Below, piece by piece: positions 19,701-29,292 of a stretch of 32,000 nucleotides of DNA. Position 1 is the first letter of the stretch. The number at the start of each line of letters is the position of its first letter. The notes below the pieces were generated by a model, which saw only the letters and a list, made by a program, of their open reading frames with translations, did no database searches and was not told the DNA's origin. The DNA is taken from the NCBI RefSeq assembly GCF_000175255.2, contig NC_017262.1:630001-662000 (forward strand), read 5' to 3'. Source of the DNA: Zymomonas mobilis subsp. mobilis ATCC 10988 (GTDB lineage: Bacteria > Pseudomonadota > Alphaproteobacteria > Sphingomonadales > Sphingomonadaceae). Made by a program: the position numbers and the translations under genes.

Positions 19701-20897
19701 CTTCGCCTGTTTCAGGGTCATTGACAGACCCTTCGCATCCAGACGCGAATAGATAAACGGCTTGAACAGCTCAAGCGCCATCTTCTTCGGCAAACCGCAC
19801 TGATGCAGTTTCAGTTCTGGGCCCGTCGTAATAACGGAACGACCGGAATAATCGACGCGTTTACCCAAAAGGTTCTGACGGAAACGACCCTGCTTCCCTT
19901 TCAGCATATCAGAAAGAGATTTCAAAGGACGCTTGTTACCGCCGGTAATCGTGCGACCACGCCGCCCGTTATCGAACAGAGCATCAACGGCTTCCTGCAA
20001 CATCCGCTTTTCGTTGCGGACGATGATATCAGGTGCCCGCAAATCCATCAGACGTTTCAGACGGTTGTTACGGTTAATAACGCGACGATAAAGATCGTTC
20101 AAATCGGAAGTCGCAAAACGACCCCCATCCAACGGCACCAAAGGACGTAATTCAGGCGGAATAACCGGAATAACTTCCAAAATCATCCATTCAGGACGGT
20201 TGCCGGATTCGATAAAGCTCTCAACGACCTTCAGTCGTTTAATGATCTTTTTCGGCTTTAATTCGGATTTGGTATGCTTCAGTTCTTCAAGCAGATCTTC
20301 GCGTTCTGTTTCAAGATCCAAGGCTTCCAAAAGCTTTTTAACCGCCTCAGCACCAATACCAGCCGAGAAGGAATCTTCGCCATATTGATCTTGCGCTTCA
20401 AGCAATTCATCTTCGGTCAGAAGCTGGAATTTCTTTAAAGGCGTCAGACCCGGCTCAATAACAATATAGCTTTCGAAATACAGCACGCGTTCAAGCTGCT
20501 TCAACTGCATATCAAGCAGAAGACCGATGCGGCTTGGCAGTGATTTCAAAAACCAAATATGGGCAACAGGCGCTGCCAATTCGATATGGCCCATCCGCTC
20601 ACGGCGCACCTTGGAAACGGTGACTTCAACGCCGCATTTTTCGCAGACAATGCCTTTATATTTCATCCGCTTGTACTTACCGCACAAGCATTCGTAATCT
20701 TTGATAGGCCCAAAAATACGAGCGCAGAAAAGACCATCCCGTTCCGGTTTAAAGGTGCGGTAATTGATCGTTTCAGGTTTCTTAATCTCGCCAAAAGACC
20801 ATGAACGGATCCGCTCGGGAGAGGCCAGACTGATCTGGATATGATCGAAATGCTCTGTACTGGCAAGCGGATTGGCAAAATTAGCTAATTCGTTCAT
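16722..20897 (-). CDS. rpoC: DNA-directed RNA polymerase subunit beta'
   Basis: 1391 aa; zinc site [23 protein letters not shown]; catalytic [12 protein letters not shown]; C-terminal [14 protein letters not shown]...[29 protein letters not shown]. Confidence 0.99.
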   Translation of the reverse strand: MNELANFANPLASTEHFDHIQISLASPERIRSWSFGEIKKPETINYRTFKPERDGLFCARIFGPIKDYECLCGKYKRMKYKGIVCEKCGVEVTVSKVRRERMGHIELAAPVAHIWFLKSLPSRIGLLLDMQLKQLERVLYFESYIVIEPGLTPLKKFQLLTEDELLEAQDQYGEDSFSAGIGAEAVKKLLEALDLETEREDLLEELKHTKSELKPKKIIKRLKVVESFIESGNRPEWMILEVIPVIPPELRPLVPLDGGRFATSDLNDLYRRVINRNNRLKRLMDLRAPDIIVRNEKRMLQEAVDALFDNGRRGRTITGGNKRPLKSLSDMLKGKQGRFRQNLLGKRVDYSGRSVITTGPELKLHQCGLPKKMALELFKPFIYSRLDAKGLSMTLKQAKKWVEKERKEVWDILEEVIREHPVMLNRAPTLHRLGIQAFEPVLIEGKAIQLHPLVCSAFNADFDGDQMAVHVPLSLEAQLEARVLMMSTNNILSPANGKPIIVPSQDMVLGIYYLSMLKENEPGEGMRLSNMTEVHQALNVGAVTLHSKIISRVPQVNEQGETYMKRVETTPGRMLLGETLPQNYKVPFETINRLLTKKDIADVIDTVYRHTGQKDTVLFADAIMSLGFKYACKAGISFGKDDMIVPAAKEALVEETRALVQDFEQQYQDGLITQQEKYNKVIDAWSRCGDRVAGEMMKEIQMVHKGPDGRELPVNAIYMMAHSGARGSAAQIKQLAGMRGLMAKPSGEIIETPIISNFKEGLTVLEYFNSTHGARKGLADTALKTANSGYLTRRLVDVSQDCVVVEDDCGTERALEMKAITQGGNVIASLGERILGRTLAEDIMGTDGQVAIPIGTLLDEAHIAVIEKIGIQSVKIRSPLVCESHGGVCAACYGRDLARGTPVNIGEAVGVIAAQSIGEPGTQLTMRTFHIGGAAQLNEQSHLEAVTDGRLQFRDLRTIIDPQGKQIALSRTGEVVLVGTDGRELASSRILLGAHLLHNDGDMVKKGDRLAEWDPFTIPVITESAGIVKYQDLVENQTLTEQVDEATGISQRVVIEYRAPRGKEDLRPRLTLMNGDSGETARYMLSPGTVISVDDGQEVLAGTVLARVSRESAKTRDITGGLPRVAELFEARKPKENAIIAKVSGRVEFGKDYKAKRKVIIRPDDGSEPIEYLVPKSKVIDAQEGDHVKRGDNLISGSPDPHDILEVLGVEALAEYLVSEIQEVYRLQGVKINDKHIETIVRQMLLKVEITHAGDSIFLPGEQVEKEDFEAVNAKLESQGQEPAQATPILLGITKASLQTRSFISAASFQETTRVLTEAAVQGKIDTLSGLKENVIVGRLIPAGTGAAMKRLRVTANSRDAALRAANKAVNFEQPTIAIESDNTDTPDAAE

Positions 20898-20979
20898 TCT
20901 TCATCCCTCAGAAAGGGTCAACAAATAAGGCAGCCTTCTGCGGTGCAGTCGAAACCGCACCGCATCAAAAGACCAGCCT

Positions 20980-23900
20980 CTATTCAGCGGCTACCTGAAA
21001 ACTGCTATCGTCTTCGTCTTTTGCCTTGGAGGTTTTCAGCTCGACATTCAGACCCAGACTATGCATTTCCTTGACAAGCACGTTGAAGCTTTCAGGAATA
21101 CCGGCCTCGAAAGTATCATCACCCTTGACGATAGCTTCGTAAACCTTGGTACGACCGACAACGTCATCTGACTTAACGGTCAACATTTCCTGCAAGGTAT
21201 AAGCAGCACCATAAGCCTGCAATGCCCAGACTTCCATTTCACCAAAGCGCTGACCACCGAACTGTGCTTTACCGCCCAACGGCTGCTGGGTGACAAGGCT
21301 GTAGGGGCCGATGGAACGAGCATGGATTTTGTCATCAACCAAATGGTGCAATTTCAGCATATAAATATAGCCGACAGTCACCTTTCGATCGAATTGCTCA
21401 CCCGTCCGTCCATCATATAATTCAACCTGTCCAGAGTCATCCAGACCAGCCAAATTCAGCATTTCAGAAATATCTTCCGGCTTGGCACCATCAAAGACTG
21501 GCGTTGCCATCGGCACACCATTTCTTAACAGACCCGCCATTTCGACGATTTCTCTGTCTTCACGGCTCTTGATGTCTTCGGCATATTTTTCGCCATAGAC
21601 TTCAATCATCCGTTCTCTGACAACTTCTGGTGGTGAGAAATCCCATTCATAGCGGTCGACATTAGCTTCGCGCCATTCTTCCAAAGCTGTCCGGACTTTC
21701 GCCCCAAGACCACGCGCAGCCCAACCTAAATGCGTCTCGAATATCTGTCCGATATTCATACGGCTAGGCACACCTAACGGGTTCAGAACGATATCAACCG
21801 GCGTTCCATCAGCAAGGAACGGCATGTCTTCGGCAGGCAGAATACGACTGATAACACCCTTGTTACCATGACGACCGGCCATCTTATCACCTGGCTGAAG
21901 CTTACGCTTCACGGCAACAAAGACCTTGACCATTTTCAAGACGCCTGGCGGTAACTCGTCACCACGCTGTGCTTTTTCAACGCGATCTTCAAAGCGCTTC
22001 CGAATAGCTTCATCTGCACTGTCATACTGGTTCTTGATCGCTTCCAATTCTGCCTGGCGGGCATCATCTTCAACAGCGAATTTGAACCATTTATGCGGTT
22101 CGACAGAAGCCAGCGTCTCGATATCGATTCTGGCACCCTTAACGATATGCTTATAAGGCGCAGCGGCTACCGTCTGACCAAGCAGTTTTTCCTGAAGCTG
22201 AGCATAGGTTGCCCGATTTAGAATAGCCCGCTCGTCTTCACGATCTTTCGTCAGACGCTCGATTTCTTCGCGCTCAATAGCCATGGCGCGTTCGTCTTTG
22301 TCGACACCATGACGGTTAAAGACGCGAACATCAACAATCGTCCCAGCAACACCCGGAGGCAGACGCAAAGAGGTATCACGAACATCCGAGGCTTTTTCAC
22401 CAAAGATCGCCCGCAACAACTTTTCTTCCGGCGTCATCGGGCTTTCACCCTTTGGCGTGATCTTACCGACCAAAATGTCGCCCGGCTGAACTTCTGCACC
22501 GATGTAAACGATACCCGCTTCATCCAAATTGCGGAGAGCATCCTCACCGACATTCGGAATATCACGTGTGATATCTTCCGGCCCCAGCTTGGTATCACGA
22601 GCCATCACTTCGAATTCATCAATATGAATCGAGGTAAAGACGTCGTCTTTCACAATCCGTTCGGAAATCAGGATGGAATCTTCGTAGTTGTAACCATTCC
22701 ACGGCATAAAGGCGACGAGTACGTTCCGCCCCAATGCCAGTTCACCCAATTCCGTGGACGGGCCATCAGCCAAAACGTCACCGGCATTCACATAGTCACC
22801 GACGCTGACCAACGGACGCTGGTTAATGCAGGTTGACTGGTTAGAACGCTGGAATTTCATCAAGCGATAAATATCGACACCGGGTTTACCGGCTTCGATT
22901 TCACCCGTGGTGCGGATAACAATACGAGAAGCATCGACCTGATCGACGATACCAGCACGGCGTGCCGAAATCGCAGCTCCAGAATCGCGAGCAACCGTTT
23001 CTTCCATACCGGTGCCAACAAACGGCGCTTCAGCACGTACCAAAGGCACGGCCTGACGTTGCATGTTGGAACCCATCAAAGCGCGGTTAGCGTCATCGTT
23101 TTCAAGGAATGGGATCAAGGAGGCAGCGACCGAAACCAACTGTTTCGGGCTAACGTCCATCAAAGTGATCTGTTCGCGAGGTGCCATCAAAAATTCACCG
23201 GCTTCACGAGCAGAAACCAGTTCTTCGACGAAATGACCTTCTGCGTCCAATTCTGCGTTGGCCTGAGCCACCGTATAGCGGCTTTCTTCCATCGCAGAGA
23301 GGTAGATAACTTCATTTGTTACCTTGTGATCGACAACCTTACGATAAGGCGTTTCGATAAAACCGTATTTGTTAATACGGCTAAAGGTAGCAAGAGAGTT
23401 AATCAGACCAATATTCGGGCCTTCAGGCGTTTCAATTGGGCAGATACGACCATAATGGGTCGGATGGACATCTCGGACTTCAAAGCCTGCACGCTCACGG
23501 GTAAGACCACCCGGGCCCAAAGCCGAAACACGACGCTTATGCGTGACTTCGGAAAGGGGATTGGTCTGATCCATAAACTGGGACAGCTGCGAAGAACCGA
23601 AGAATTCGCGAACCGCAGCCACCGCCGGTTTGGCGTTGATCAGATCATTTGGCATGACGGTCGAAACGTCAACAGAGGACATACGCTCTTTAACAGCGCG
23701 TTCCATCCGCAACAGACCAACACGATACTGATTTTCTAACAGCTCACCGACTGAACGGACGCGACGGTTACCAAGGTTATCGATATCATCGACTTCGCCC
23801 TTGCCGTCTTTCAGATCGACCAGCGTTTTCACAACGGCCAGAATATCTTCTGCTCGCAAGGTCGTAACCGTATCAGGACAATCGAGATCAAGGCGCATAT

Positions 23901-25152
23901 TCAGCTTGACGCGACCGACAGCCGAAAGGTCATAGCGTTCTGGATCAAAGAACAAGCCATAGAAAAGCGCTTCTGCGGTTTCCTTCGTTGGCGGCTCACC
24001 AGGACGCATTACCCGATAGATTTCAGCCAAAGCATGATCGCGATCTTCAGCTTTATCGGCTTTCAAAGTGTTACGGATCCAAGGACCGGTGGAAACATGG
24101 TCGATATCCAACAACTCAAGCGTTGCGACACCGGCATTATCCAGCAATTCCAGATTTTCTGGCGTTACTTCGTCGCCCGCTTCAATCCAGATACGACCCG
24201 TTGATTCATCGATAACATCATAAGCGGCATAATGACCGTAGATTTCTTCAGTCGGAATCAGCAAGGTTTCCAGGCCATCGCGGCCAGCCTTATTGGCAGC
24301 GCGGGGCGAAATCTTCTGTCCGGCAGGGAAAACAACTTCACCGGTATCGCCATTGATGATGTCAAAGAACGGCTTCCGTCCACGCCAGCTTTCAGCGACA
24401 TAAGGCACTTTCCAGCCGCCATCACCACGCACAAAAGTGATCGTGTTATAGAAATGGTGCAGGATTTGTTCGGCATTCAAACCCAAAGCATAAAGCAGGG
24501 TCGTGACCGGCAATTTGCGTTTACGGTCGATACGAACATTGACGATATCTTTCGCGTCAAATTCGAAATCCAACCATGAACCACGATAAGGAATAACGCG
24601 CGCGGCAAACAGGAATTTACCGGAAGAATGGGTTTTGCCTTTATCATGGTCAAACAGAACACCCGGACTACGGTGCATCTGGCTGACGATAACGCGCTCG
24701 GTACCATTGATAAAGAAGGTGCCGTTCCGCGTCATGAGCGGCATGTCGCCCATATAGACATCCTGCTCTTTAATATCGAGAACAGAACGCGTTTCCGTGT
24801 CAGGATCAACTTCAAATACGATCAGACGCAAGGTAACCCGCATCGGAGCCGCATAGGTAATGCCCCGCTGACGGCATTCATCGACGTCAAACTTTGGTTC
24901 TTCCAACTCATACTGGACAAAATCCAGTTCTGCTACACCGCCGAAATCACGGATCGGAAAAACAGAACGCAGAGTTTTTTCCAACCCTGAAACATATCCG
25001 TCCTCAGGGCGAGAACGCAGAAAGTTTTCGTAACTATCACGCTGAACTTCGATAAGGTTCGGCATATCCACAACTTCATGGATATTACCAAACATTTTGC
25101 GAATACGTTTTTTTACACTCGCGTGGCCGATAGCAGATGCCTTGGTCGCCAT
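20980..25152 (-). CDS. rpoB: DNA-directed RNA polymerase subunit beta
   Basis: [67 protein letters not shown]; [12 protein letters not shown]. Start placed at ATG 25152 ([23 protein letters not shown]). Confidence 0.99.
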   Translation of the reverse strand: MATKASAIGHASVKKRIRKMFGNIHEVVDMPNLIEVQRDSYENFLRSRPEDGYVSGLEKTLRSVFPIRDFGGVAELDFVQYELEEPKFDVDECRQRGITYAAPMRVTLRLIVFEVDPDTETRSVLDIKEQDVYMGDMPLMTRNGTFFINGTERVIVSQMHRSPGVLFDHDKGKTHSSGKFLFAARVIPYRGSWLDFEFDAKDIVNVRIDRKRKLPVTTLLYALGLNAEQILHHFYNTITFVRGDGGWKVPYVAESWRGRKPFFDIINGDTGEVVFPAGQKISPRAANKAGRDGLETLLIPTEEIYGHYAAYDVIDESTGRIWIEAGDEVTPENLELLDNAGVATLELLDIDHVSTGPWIRNTLKADKAEDRDHALAEIYRVMRPGEPPTKETAEALFYGLFFDPERYDLSAVGRVKLNMRLDLDCPDTVTTLRAEDILAVVKTLVDLKDGKGEVDDIDNLGNRRVRSVGELLENQYRVGLLRMERAVKERMSSVDVSTVMPNDLINAKPAVAAVREFFGSSQLSQFMDQTNPLSEVTHKRRVSALGPGGLTRERAGFEVRDVHPTHYGRICPIETPEGPNIGLINSLATFSRINKYGFIETPYRKVVDHKVTNEVIYLSAMEESRYTVAQANAELDAEGHFVEELVSAREAGEFLMAPREQITLMDVSPKQLVSVAASLIPFLENDDANRALMGSNMQRQAVPLVRAEAPFVGTGMEETVARDSGAAISARRAGIVDQVDASRIVIRTTGEIEAGKPGVDIYRLMKFQRSNQSTCINQRPLVSVGDYVNAGDVLADGPSTELGELALGRNVLVAFMPWNGYNYEDSILISERIVKDDVFTSIHIDEFEVMARDTKLGPEDITRDIPNVGEDALRNLDEAGIVYIGAEVQPGDILVGKITPKGESPMTPEEKLLRAIFGEKASDVRDTSLRLPPGVAGTIVDVRVFNRHGVDKDERAMAIEREEIERLTKDREDERAILNRATYAQLQEKLLGQTVAAAPYKHIVKGARIDIETLASVEPHKWFKFAVEDDARQAELEAIKNQYDSADEAIRKRFEDRVEKAQRGDELPPGVLKMVKVFVAVKRKLQPGDKMAGRHGNKGVISRILPAEDMPFLADGTPVDIVLNPLGVPSRMNIGQIFETHLGWAARGLGAKVRTALEEWREANVDRYEWDFSPPEVVRERMIEVYGEKYAEDIKSREDREIVEMAGLLRNGVPMATPVFDGAKPEDISEMLNLAGLDDSGQVELYDGRTGEQFDRKVTVGYIYMLKLHHLVDDKIHARSIGPYSLVTQQPLGGKAQFGGQRFGEMEVWALQAYGAAYTLQEMLTVKSDDVVGRTKVYEAIVKGDDTFEAGIPESFNVLVKEMHSLGLNVELKTSKAKDEDDSSFQVAAE

Positions 25153-25394
25153 ATAATCCTCACGCTTCACAACCAGCCGCCCCATAGGGGCAGATTCCAG
25201 CCGATAAAAAATTCTTGTTCAGAGTGAATAAAAATATTTTTACCGGTTTTGGCCGAATGCCTTATGCACATTACTATAGACAACAAAAAGCCGCGACACA
25301 TCTTCGGTATCGCAGCTGTCAGCGTCATTTTCCTGATGTTTTCTATTCTGAGATCCCTGCGCAACTTGGATCCTGTCCCGAAAAACAAGCAGGT

Positions 25395-25420
25395 AGCCTC
25401 GCCTTTTCAAGGTAGAGGCT
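25395..25420 (-). promoter_or_regulatory. Hairpin in the putative rpoB 5' leader
   Basis: AGCCTC-g-CCTT-ttc-AAGG-ta-GAGGCT: two stacked stems, on the - strand just downstream of the candidate promoter and upstream of rpoB. Confidence 0.4.
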
Positions 25421-25434
25421 TTTTAGATGGGATA

Positions 25435-25463
25435 AATATAGGGATGTTGTTGGAAATTGTCGA
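25435..25463 (-). promoter_or_regulatory. Candidate sigma70-type promoter for rpoBC
   Basis: On the - strand: TCGACA - 17 nt - TATATT (5/6 matches to each consensus hexamer, ideal spacing), about 280 nt upstream of the rpoB ATG and downstream of the rplL terminator. Confidence 0.45.
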
Positions 25464-25591
25464 GAGCCAAAAACAATTTTTTAAAAACAATCTATCAGAT
25501 CATTTCAATAGCGAATTTGATCAAGTTTCCACTCAAAGAAATACTGTAACCAGATACCGCTCAAACCATCATAAACGCCCCTGCCCCAAAC

Positions 25592-25621
25592 AAAAAAAGG
25601 CGGCCATAAAAGACCGCCTTC
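25592..25621 (-). terminator. Intrinsic terminator/attenuator downstream of rplL, upstream of rpoB
   Basis: On the - strand: AAGGCGGTC-TTTTAT-GGCCGCCTTTTTTTG, a stem of about 9 bp (one wobble pair) followed directly by a 7-T tract. Confidence 0.8.
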
Positions 25622-25647
25622 TTTACCAAAGAAACTTTTAAAAAAGC

Positions 25648-26019
25648 TTACTTCAGTTCAACCGTTGCACCGGCTGCTTCAAGCTGCTTTTTCAGCTTTT
25701 CAGCTTCGTCTTTAGCAACGCCTTCTTTGACGGGCTTCGGAGCACCTTCAACAAGGGCTTTAGCATCCGTCAGGCCAAGACCGGTGATGGCGCGGATTTC
25801 TTTAATGACGTTGATTTTCTTGCCACCGTCGCCGGTGAGGATGACGTCAAATTCGGTCTTTTCTTCAGCGGCAGCGCCACCAGCAGCAGGAGCAGCAGCA
25901 ACTGCAACAGCGGCAGAAGCGGAAACGCCCCATTTTTCTTCCAACAGCTTGGAAAGTTCAGCTGCTTCAAGAACGGTCAGCGCAGACAGATCTTCAACGA
26001 TTTTTGCTAAATCAGCCAT
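25648..26019 (-). CDS. rplL: 50S ribosomal protein L7/L12
   Basis: [31 protein letters not shown], Ala-rich hinge, [49 protein letters not shown]. Confidence 0.98.
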   Translation of the reverse strand: MADLAKIVEDLSALTVLEAAELSKLLEEKWGVSASAAVAVAAAPAAGGAAAEEKTEFDVILTGDGGKKINVIKEIRAITGLGLTDAKALVEGAPKPVKEGVAKDEAEKLKKQLEAAGATVELK

Positions 26020-26076
26020 GATTAACTCCGTAACGGGACAACATATCCCGTGGTTTCAGTTGTTTACTCAAAAAAA

Positions 26077-26592
26077 TTAAGCCGCGTCTTTGGCAGCATA
26101 TGCACCAAATACACGAGCGAGCTGTCCGGCCGGAGCCTGAATGGTCTGCGCGATTTTGGTTGCAGGTGCACTGATAAGACCCACAATTTTGCCACGCAGC
26201 TCGTCCAGAGACGGCAGTTCAGCTAATGCTTGCACACCAGCAATGTCGAGGAGGGTGGTACCCATGACCGCGCCGACGATTTCCAACTTTTTGTTGGTCT
26301 TCGCAAATTCGACAGCTACTTTAGCAGCAGCTACCGGATCGGCGGACGTGGCAATTGCCGTCGGACCCGTCAGTAAATCACTGAGAGGAGCCTGCGGCGT
26401 TCCTTCGACTGCAATGCGGGTGAGCTTGTTCTTAGCTACTTTGAAGCTAGCACCGGCTTCGCGCATTTTTGACCGAAGCACAGTGGACTGTGCAACCGTC
26501 AGGCCGAGGTTGCGGGTGACAACAATGACACCTGCTTCGGCAAACGCACTTTTAAGACCGGCAACCAGCTCAACTTTTTGAGCTCGTTCCAT
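26077..26592 (-). CDS. rplJ: 50S ribosomal protein L10
   Basis: [61 protein letters not shown]; located between rplA and rplL. Confidence 0.97.
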   Translation of the reverse strand: MERAQKVELVAGLKSAFAEAGVIVVTRNLGLTVAQSTVLRSKMREAGASFKVAKNKLTRIAVEGTPQAPLSDLLTGPTAIATSADPVAAAKVAVEFAKTNKKLEIVGAVMGTTLLDIAGVQALAELPSLDELRGKIVGLISAPATKIAQTIQAPAGQLARVFGAYAAKDAA

Positions 26593-26599
26593 GCCTCAC

Positions 26600-26830
26600 T
26601 CCTTATACGTTACCTTAATGACCATCCATTAAGGCATTAAAGTTCACAGATAAAATACGCTATCTGCTCCCTTTTGTCCGTGGGGCTCGGCAACCAATCC
26701 TTTACAGGTTGGTAAACACTGAAACCCCGTCTATGCGGGCGATTAAGATAGAATAACTATCTCCCGCAGTCTCGGACGGCACTGGTTCCGGATAGAAAGC
26801 CTATCCGGAACAAACTTTAAATTCGAACAG
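26600..26830 (-). ncRNA. Candidate L10-type autoregulatory leader upstream of rplJ
   Basis: 265-nt non-coding gap between rplA and rplJ with strong structure, including a perfect 11-bp hairpin GTTCCGGATAG/CTATCCGGAAC (26785-26811) and GC-rich complementary segments nearer rplJ. Location fits the known L10/L12-binding mRNA leader. The structure was not computed. Confidence 0.4.
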
Positions 26831-26856
26831 GTCTTTAATCAAAGACTTGTCAAAGA

Positions 26857-27558
26857 TCAAGCCGCTGCAGGCAGGTCAGCAATATCAATGCTGACACCCG
26901 GGCCCATCGTGGAAGAAATAGCGACTTTCTTCACATAACGACCTTTGGCGCCGGCTGGTTTAGCCTTCAGCAGAGCATCAATCAAAGCGTCGAAATTGGC
27001 GCGGATATCTTCAGCAGAGAAGCTAGCCTTGCCAATACCGCTGTGGATGATACCGGTGCGATCAACACGATATTCAACCTGACCACCCTTGGCTGCTTTA
27101 ACAGCGTCAGCAACATTCATCGTTACCGTGCCAAGTTTCGGGTTCGGCATCATGCCTTTCGGGCCCAGGATTTTACCCAGACGACCGACAACACCCATCA
27201 TGTCCGGCGTTGCAATACAACGATCGAAATCAATGCTGCCGCCCTGAATGGCTTCCATCAGGTCTTCTGCACCGACAACTTCTGCACCAGCAGCCTTAGC
27301 TTCTTCAGCTTTCGGGCCACGGGCGAAAACACCGACGCGAACATTTTTACCGGTGCCCTTCGGCAAGGTAACAACACCACGAACCATCTGATCAGCGTGA
27401 CGCGGATCAACACCCAAATTGACGGCCAGTTCAATGGTTTCGTCAAATTTGGAGGTCGCATATTCGCGAACCAGAGCGATAGCTTCAGCTACAGTGTAGA
27501 GCTTGTTCTTATCGACAGCGGCTGCAATAGCCTTCGCTTTTTTCGAGAGTTTAGCCAT
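26857..27558 (-). CDS. rplA: 50S ribosomal protein L1
   Basis: [45 protein letters not shown]...[23 protein letters not shown]. Confidence 0.98.
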   Translation of the reverse strand: MAKLSKKAKAIAAAVDKNKLYTVAEAIALVREYATSKFDETIELAVNLGVDPRHADQMVRGVVTLPKGTGKNVRVGVFARGPKAEEAKAAGAEVVGAEDLMEAIQGGSIDFDRCIATPDMMGVVGRLGKILGPKGMMPNPKLGTVTMNVADAVKAAKGGQVEYRVDRTGIIHSGIGKASFSAEDIRANFDALIDALLKAKPAGAKGRYVKKVAISSTMGPGVSIDIADLPAAA

Positions 27559-27562
27559 GTGA

Positions 27563-27994
27563 TTAGCCCTCCACTACTTCGAGGCCCATTGCACGGGCAG
27601 AACCTTCGATGATGCGCGTAGCTGCTTCAACATCATTGGCATTAAGATCAGGCATTTTGGTGTTGGCGATTTCGACGATCTGAGAACGCTTGATCTTACC
27701 AGCAACAGCCTTACCGGGTTCTTTCGAACCAGATTTCAGGTTGATCGCTTTTTTCAAAAGGTAAGAAACTGGCGGCATCTTGCTTTCGAAAGAGAAAGAA
27801 CGATCAGCATAAACGGTGATGATCGTCGGCAACGGGGTGCCCGGTTCCATGCCCTGCGATTTAGCATTAAATGCCTTGCAGAATTCCATGATGTTGACAC
27901 CGCGCTGACCCAAAGCCGGGCCGATTGGCGGACTTGGATTAGCTTTACCTGCCGGCACTTGCAGCTTGATATAGCCGGTAATTTTTTTTGCCAT
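27563..27994 (-). CDS. rplK: 50S ribosomal protein L11
   Basis: [47 protein letters not shown]...[19 protein letters not shown]. Confidence 0.98.
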   Translation of the reverse strand: MAKKITGYIKLQVPAGKANPSPPIGPALGQRGVNIMEFCKAFNAKSQGMEPGTPLPTIITVYADRSFSFESKMPPVSYLLKKAINLKSGSKEPGKAVAGKIKRSQIVEIANTKMPDLNANDVEAATRIIEGSARAMGLEVVEG

Positions 27995-28080
27995 TTTATC
28001 ACCCTTTTCAGGTTAAGCGGTTGACGATGACCCCCATGGCCACCTCCCGCAACAGGTCTTTATAAAAAAACCTGAATTAC

Positions 28081-28620
28081 TTATTCGGCGCGTTCTACCT
28101 GCTCGAATTCTAATTCAACAGGGGTTGCACGACCAAAAATAGAAACGGAAACTTTAACTCTGGCACGATCAAAATCGAGATCTTCAACAACGCCATTAAA
28201 GCTGGCGAAGGGACCTTCCAAAACTTTGACCTGATCGCCGATTTCAAAATCGACTTTAATCTGTGCTTTTTTACCCGCAACTTCGGCTTCAGCCTTGCGG
28301 TTCAAGATATGCTCGGCTTCGGCATCGCTAATCGGTTGTGGCTTACCAGAAAAGCCAAGAAACCCCGTAACTTTCGGGGTGTTTTTAACCAAGTGATAAA
28401 CGTCTTCGTTCATATTCAGCTTGGCAAGGACATATCCCGGGAAGCATTTGCGCTCAACAGCCACTTTTTTACCACGACGGACTTCAACAGCCTGCTCGGT
28501 TGGAACTTCAATAGCTTCCACCAACGGCTGGAGCCCAAGACGTTCAGCTTCGGCAGCAACAGCTTCTTTTACTTTATTTTCAAAACCGGAATAAGCGTGA
28601 ATAATATACCAGCGAGACAT
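28081..28620 (-). CDS. nusG: Transcription termination/antitermination factor NusG
   Basis: RWYIIHAYSGFENKVKEAV...ERKCFPGYVLAKLNMNEDVYHLVKNTPKVTGFLG; KOW region GDQVKVLEGPFASFNGVVEDLD. Confidence 0.98.
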   Translation of the reverse strand: MSRWYIIHAYSGFENKVKEAVAAEAERLGLQPLVEAIEVPTEQAVEVRRGKKVAVERKCFPGYVLAKLNMNEDVYHLVKNTPKVTGFLGFSGKPQPISDAEAEHILNRKAEAEVAGKKAQIKVDFEIGDQVKVLEGPFASFNGVVEDLDFDRARVKVSVSIFGRATPVELEFEQVERAE

Positions 28621-28635
28621 GAAACCAAAAATCCT

Positions 28636-28833
28636 TTAAGCCAGAAGCGACAGGAGAAGTCGAACAACATGGCTGAAAGCTGCGTCGACAGCAAAGAAAA
28701 AGACACCAAGCAAAATAGCCATGATAGCTACCATGACAGCGGTCATGACCGTTTCACGTCTGCTTGGCCATACTACTTTAGCAGTTTCGGCCCGAACCTG
28801 CCGAAAGAATTCGGCCGGTGTTATTTTGGCCAT
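28636..28833 (-). CDS. secE: Preprotein translocase subunit SecE
   Basis: 65 aa: FFRQVRAETAKVVWPSRRETVMTAVMVAIMAILLGVFFFAVD; immediately upstream of nusG. Confidence 0.95.
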   Translation of the reverse strand: MAKITPAEFFRQVRAETAKVVWPSRRETVMTAVMVAIMAILLGVFFFAVDAAFSHVVRLLLSLLA

Positions 28834-28932
28834 CTATGCCTCCAGGCTGAAAATCCGTTTATTTGACGCAGTTGGCTAGATTTCAAATCAGCCTTGCCTA
28901 AATTTTGTCGCGTTACCTAGACTACCGAAAAA

Positions 28933-29008
28933 TGGCAGGAGCGGAGGGACTCGAACCCACGGCCCTCGGTTTTGGAGACCGATGCTCTACCAACTGAGCT
29001 ACACTCCT
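28933..29008 (-). tRNA. tRNA-Trp, anticodon CCA, 3' CCA encoded
   Basis: - strand: AGGAGTGTAGCTCAGTTGGTAGAGCATCGGTCTCCAAAACCGAGGGCCGTGGGTTCGAGTCCCTCCGCTCCTGCCA. Acceptor AGGAG/CTCCT, D-loop AGCTCAGTTGGTAGAGC, anticodon loop CTCCAAA, TPsiC loop GGTTCGAGTCC; 76 nt. Confidence 0.97.
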
Positions 29009-29234
29009 AGGGTAACGGAGGTCGCGTAATAACCGGACAAAATAATAAAAGCAAGAGTCTATTCAAAAAATCCCTGCCAAATTATTATCTGAAGCCGTTT
29101 CAAAAGAACCAAACCTCTTTTTAGGCTCTTTTAAAGCAAACTCCAAATCACATCCTGTCCATCAAAAGCGATCTTACGCTTGATAGCAAGCTTTTTCCAA
29201 CTTTGCAGAAAGCCTTTTTCATCTCACAAGACAT

Positions 29235-29269
29235 AAAAAAGCCGATGCAACAAGGCACCGGCTTTTTTG
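29235..29269 (-). terminator. Intrinsic terminator downstream of the M13 peptidase gene
   Basis: AAAAAAGCCG-atgcaacaaggcac-CGGCTTTTTT, with A and T tracts either side; 24 nt past the stop codon of the - strand gene. Confidence 0.65.
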
Positions 29270-29292
29270 TTATCATAAGGCTTTAAAAAGGC

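Noticed and set aside
16968-20804. Several 60-224-aa ORFs on the + strand opposite rpoC (e.g. 16968..17642, 18786..19355)
   Set aside because: They lie wholly antisense to the certain rpoC ORF, have no recognisable domains, and arise from codon bias on the real coding strand.
21926-24990. + strand ORFs opposite rpoB (e.g. 22309..22836, 23059..23739)
   Set aside because: Antisense to rpoB with low-complexity, shadow-ORF composition and no supported start or domain.
25249-25641. 130-aa + strand ORF and 73-aa - strand ORF in the rplL-rpoB gap
   Set aside because: No domain-like pattern. The region is better explained by a terminator, promoter candidate and leader, and the ORFs overlap those elements.
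26141-27612. + strand ORFs of 146 and 189 aa opposite rplJ and rplA
   Set aside because: Shadow ORFs of highly expressed ribosomal protein genes; no independent evidence.
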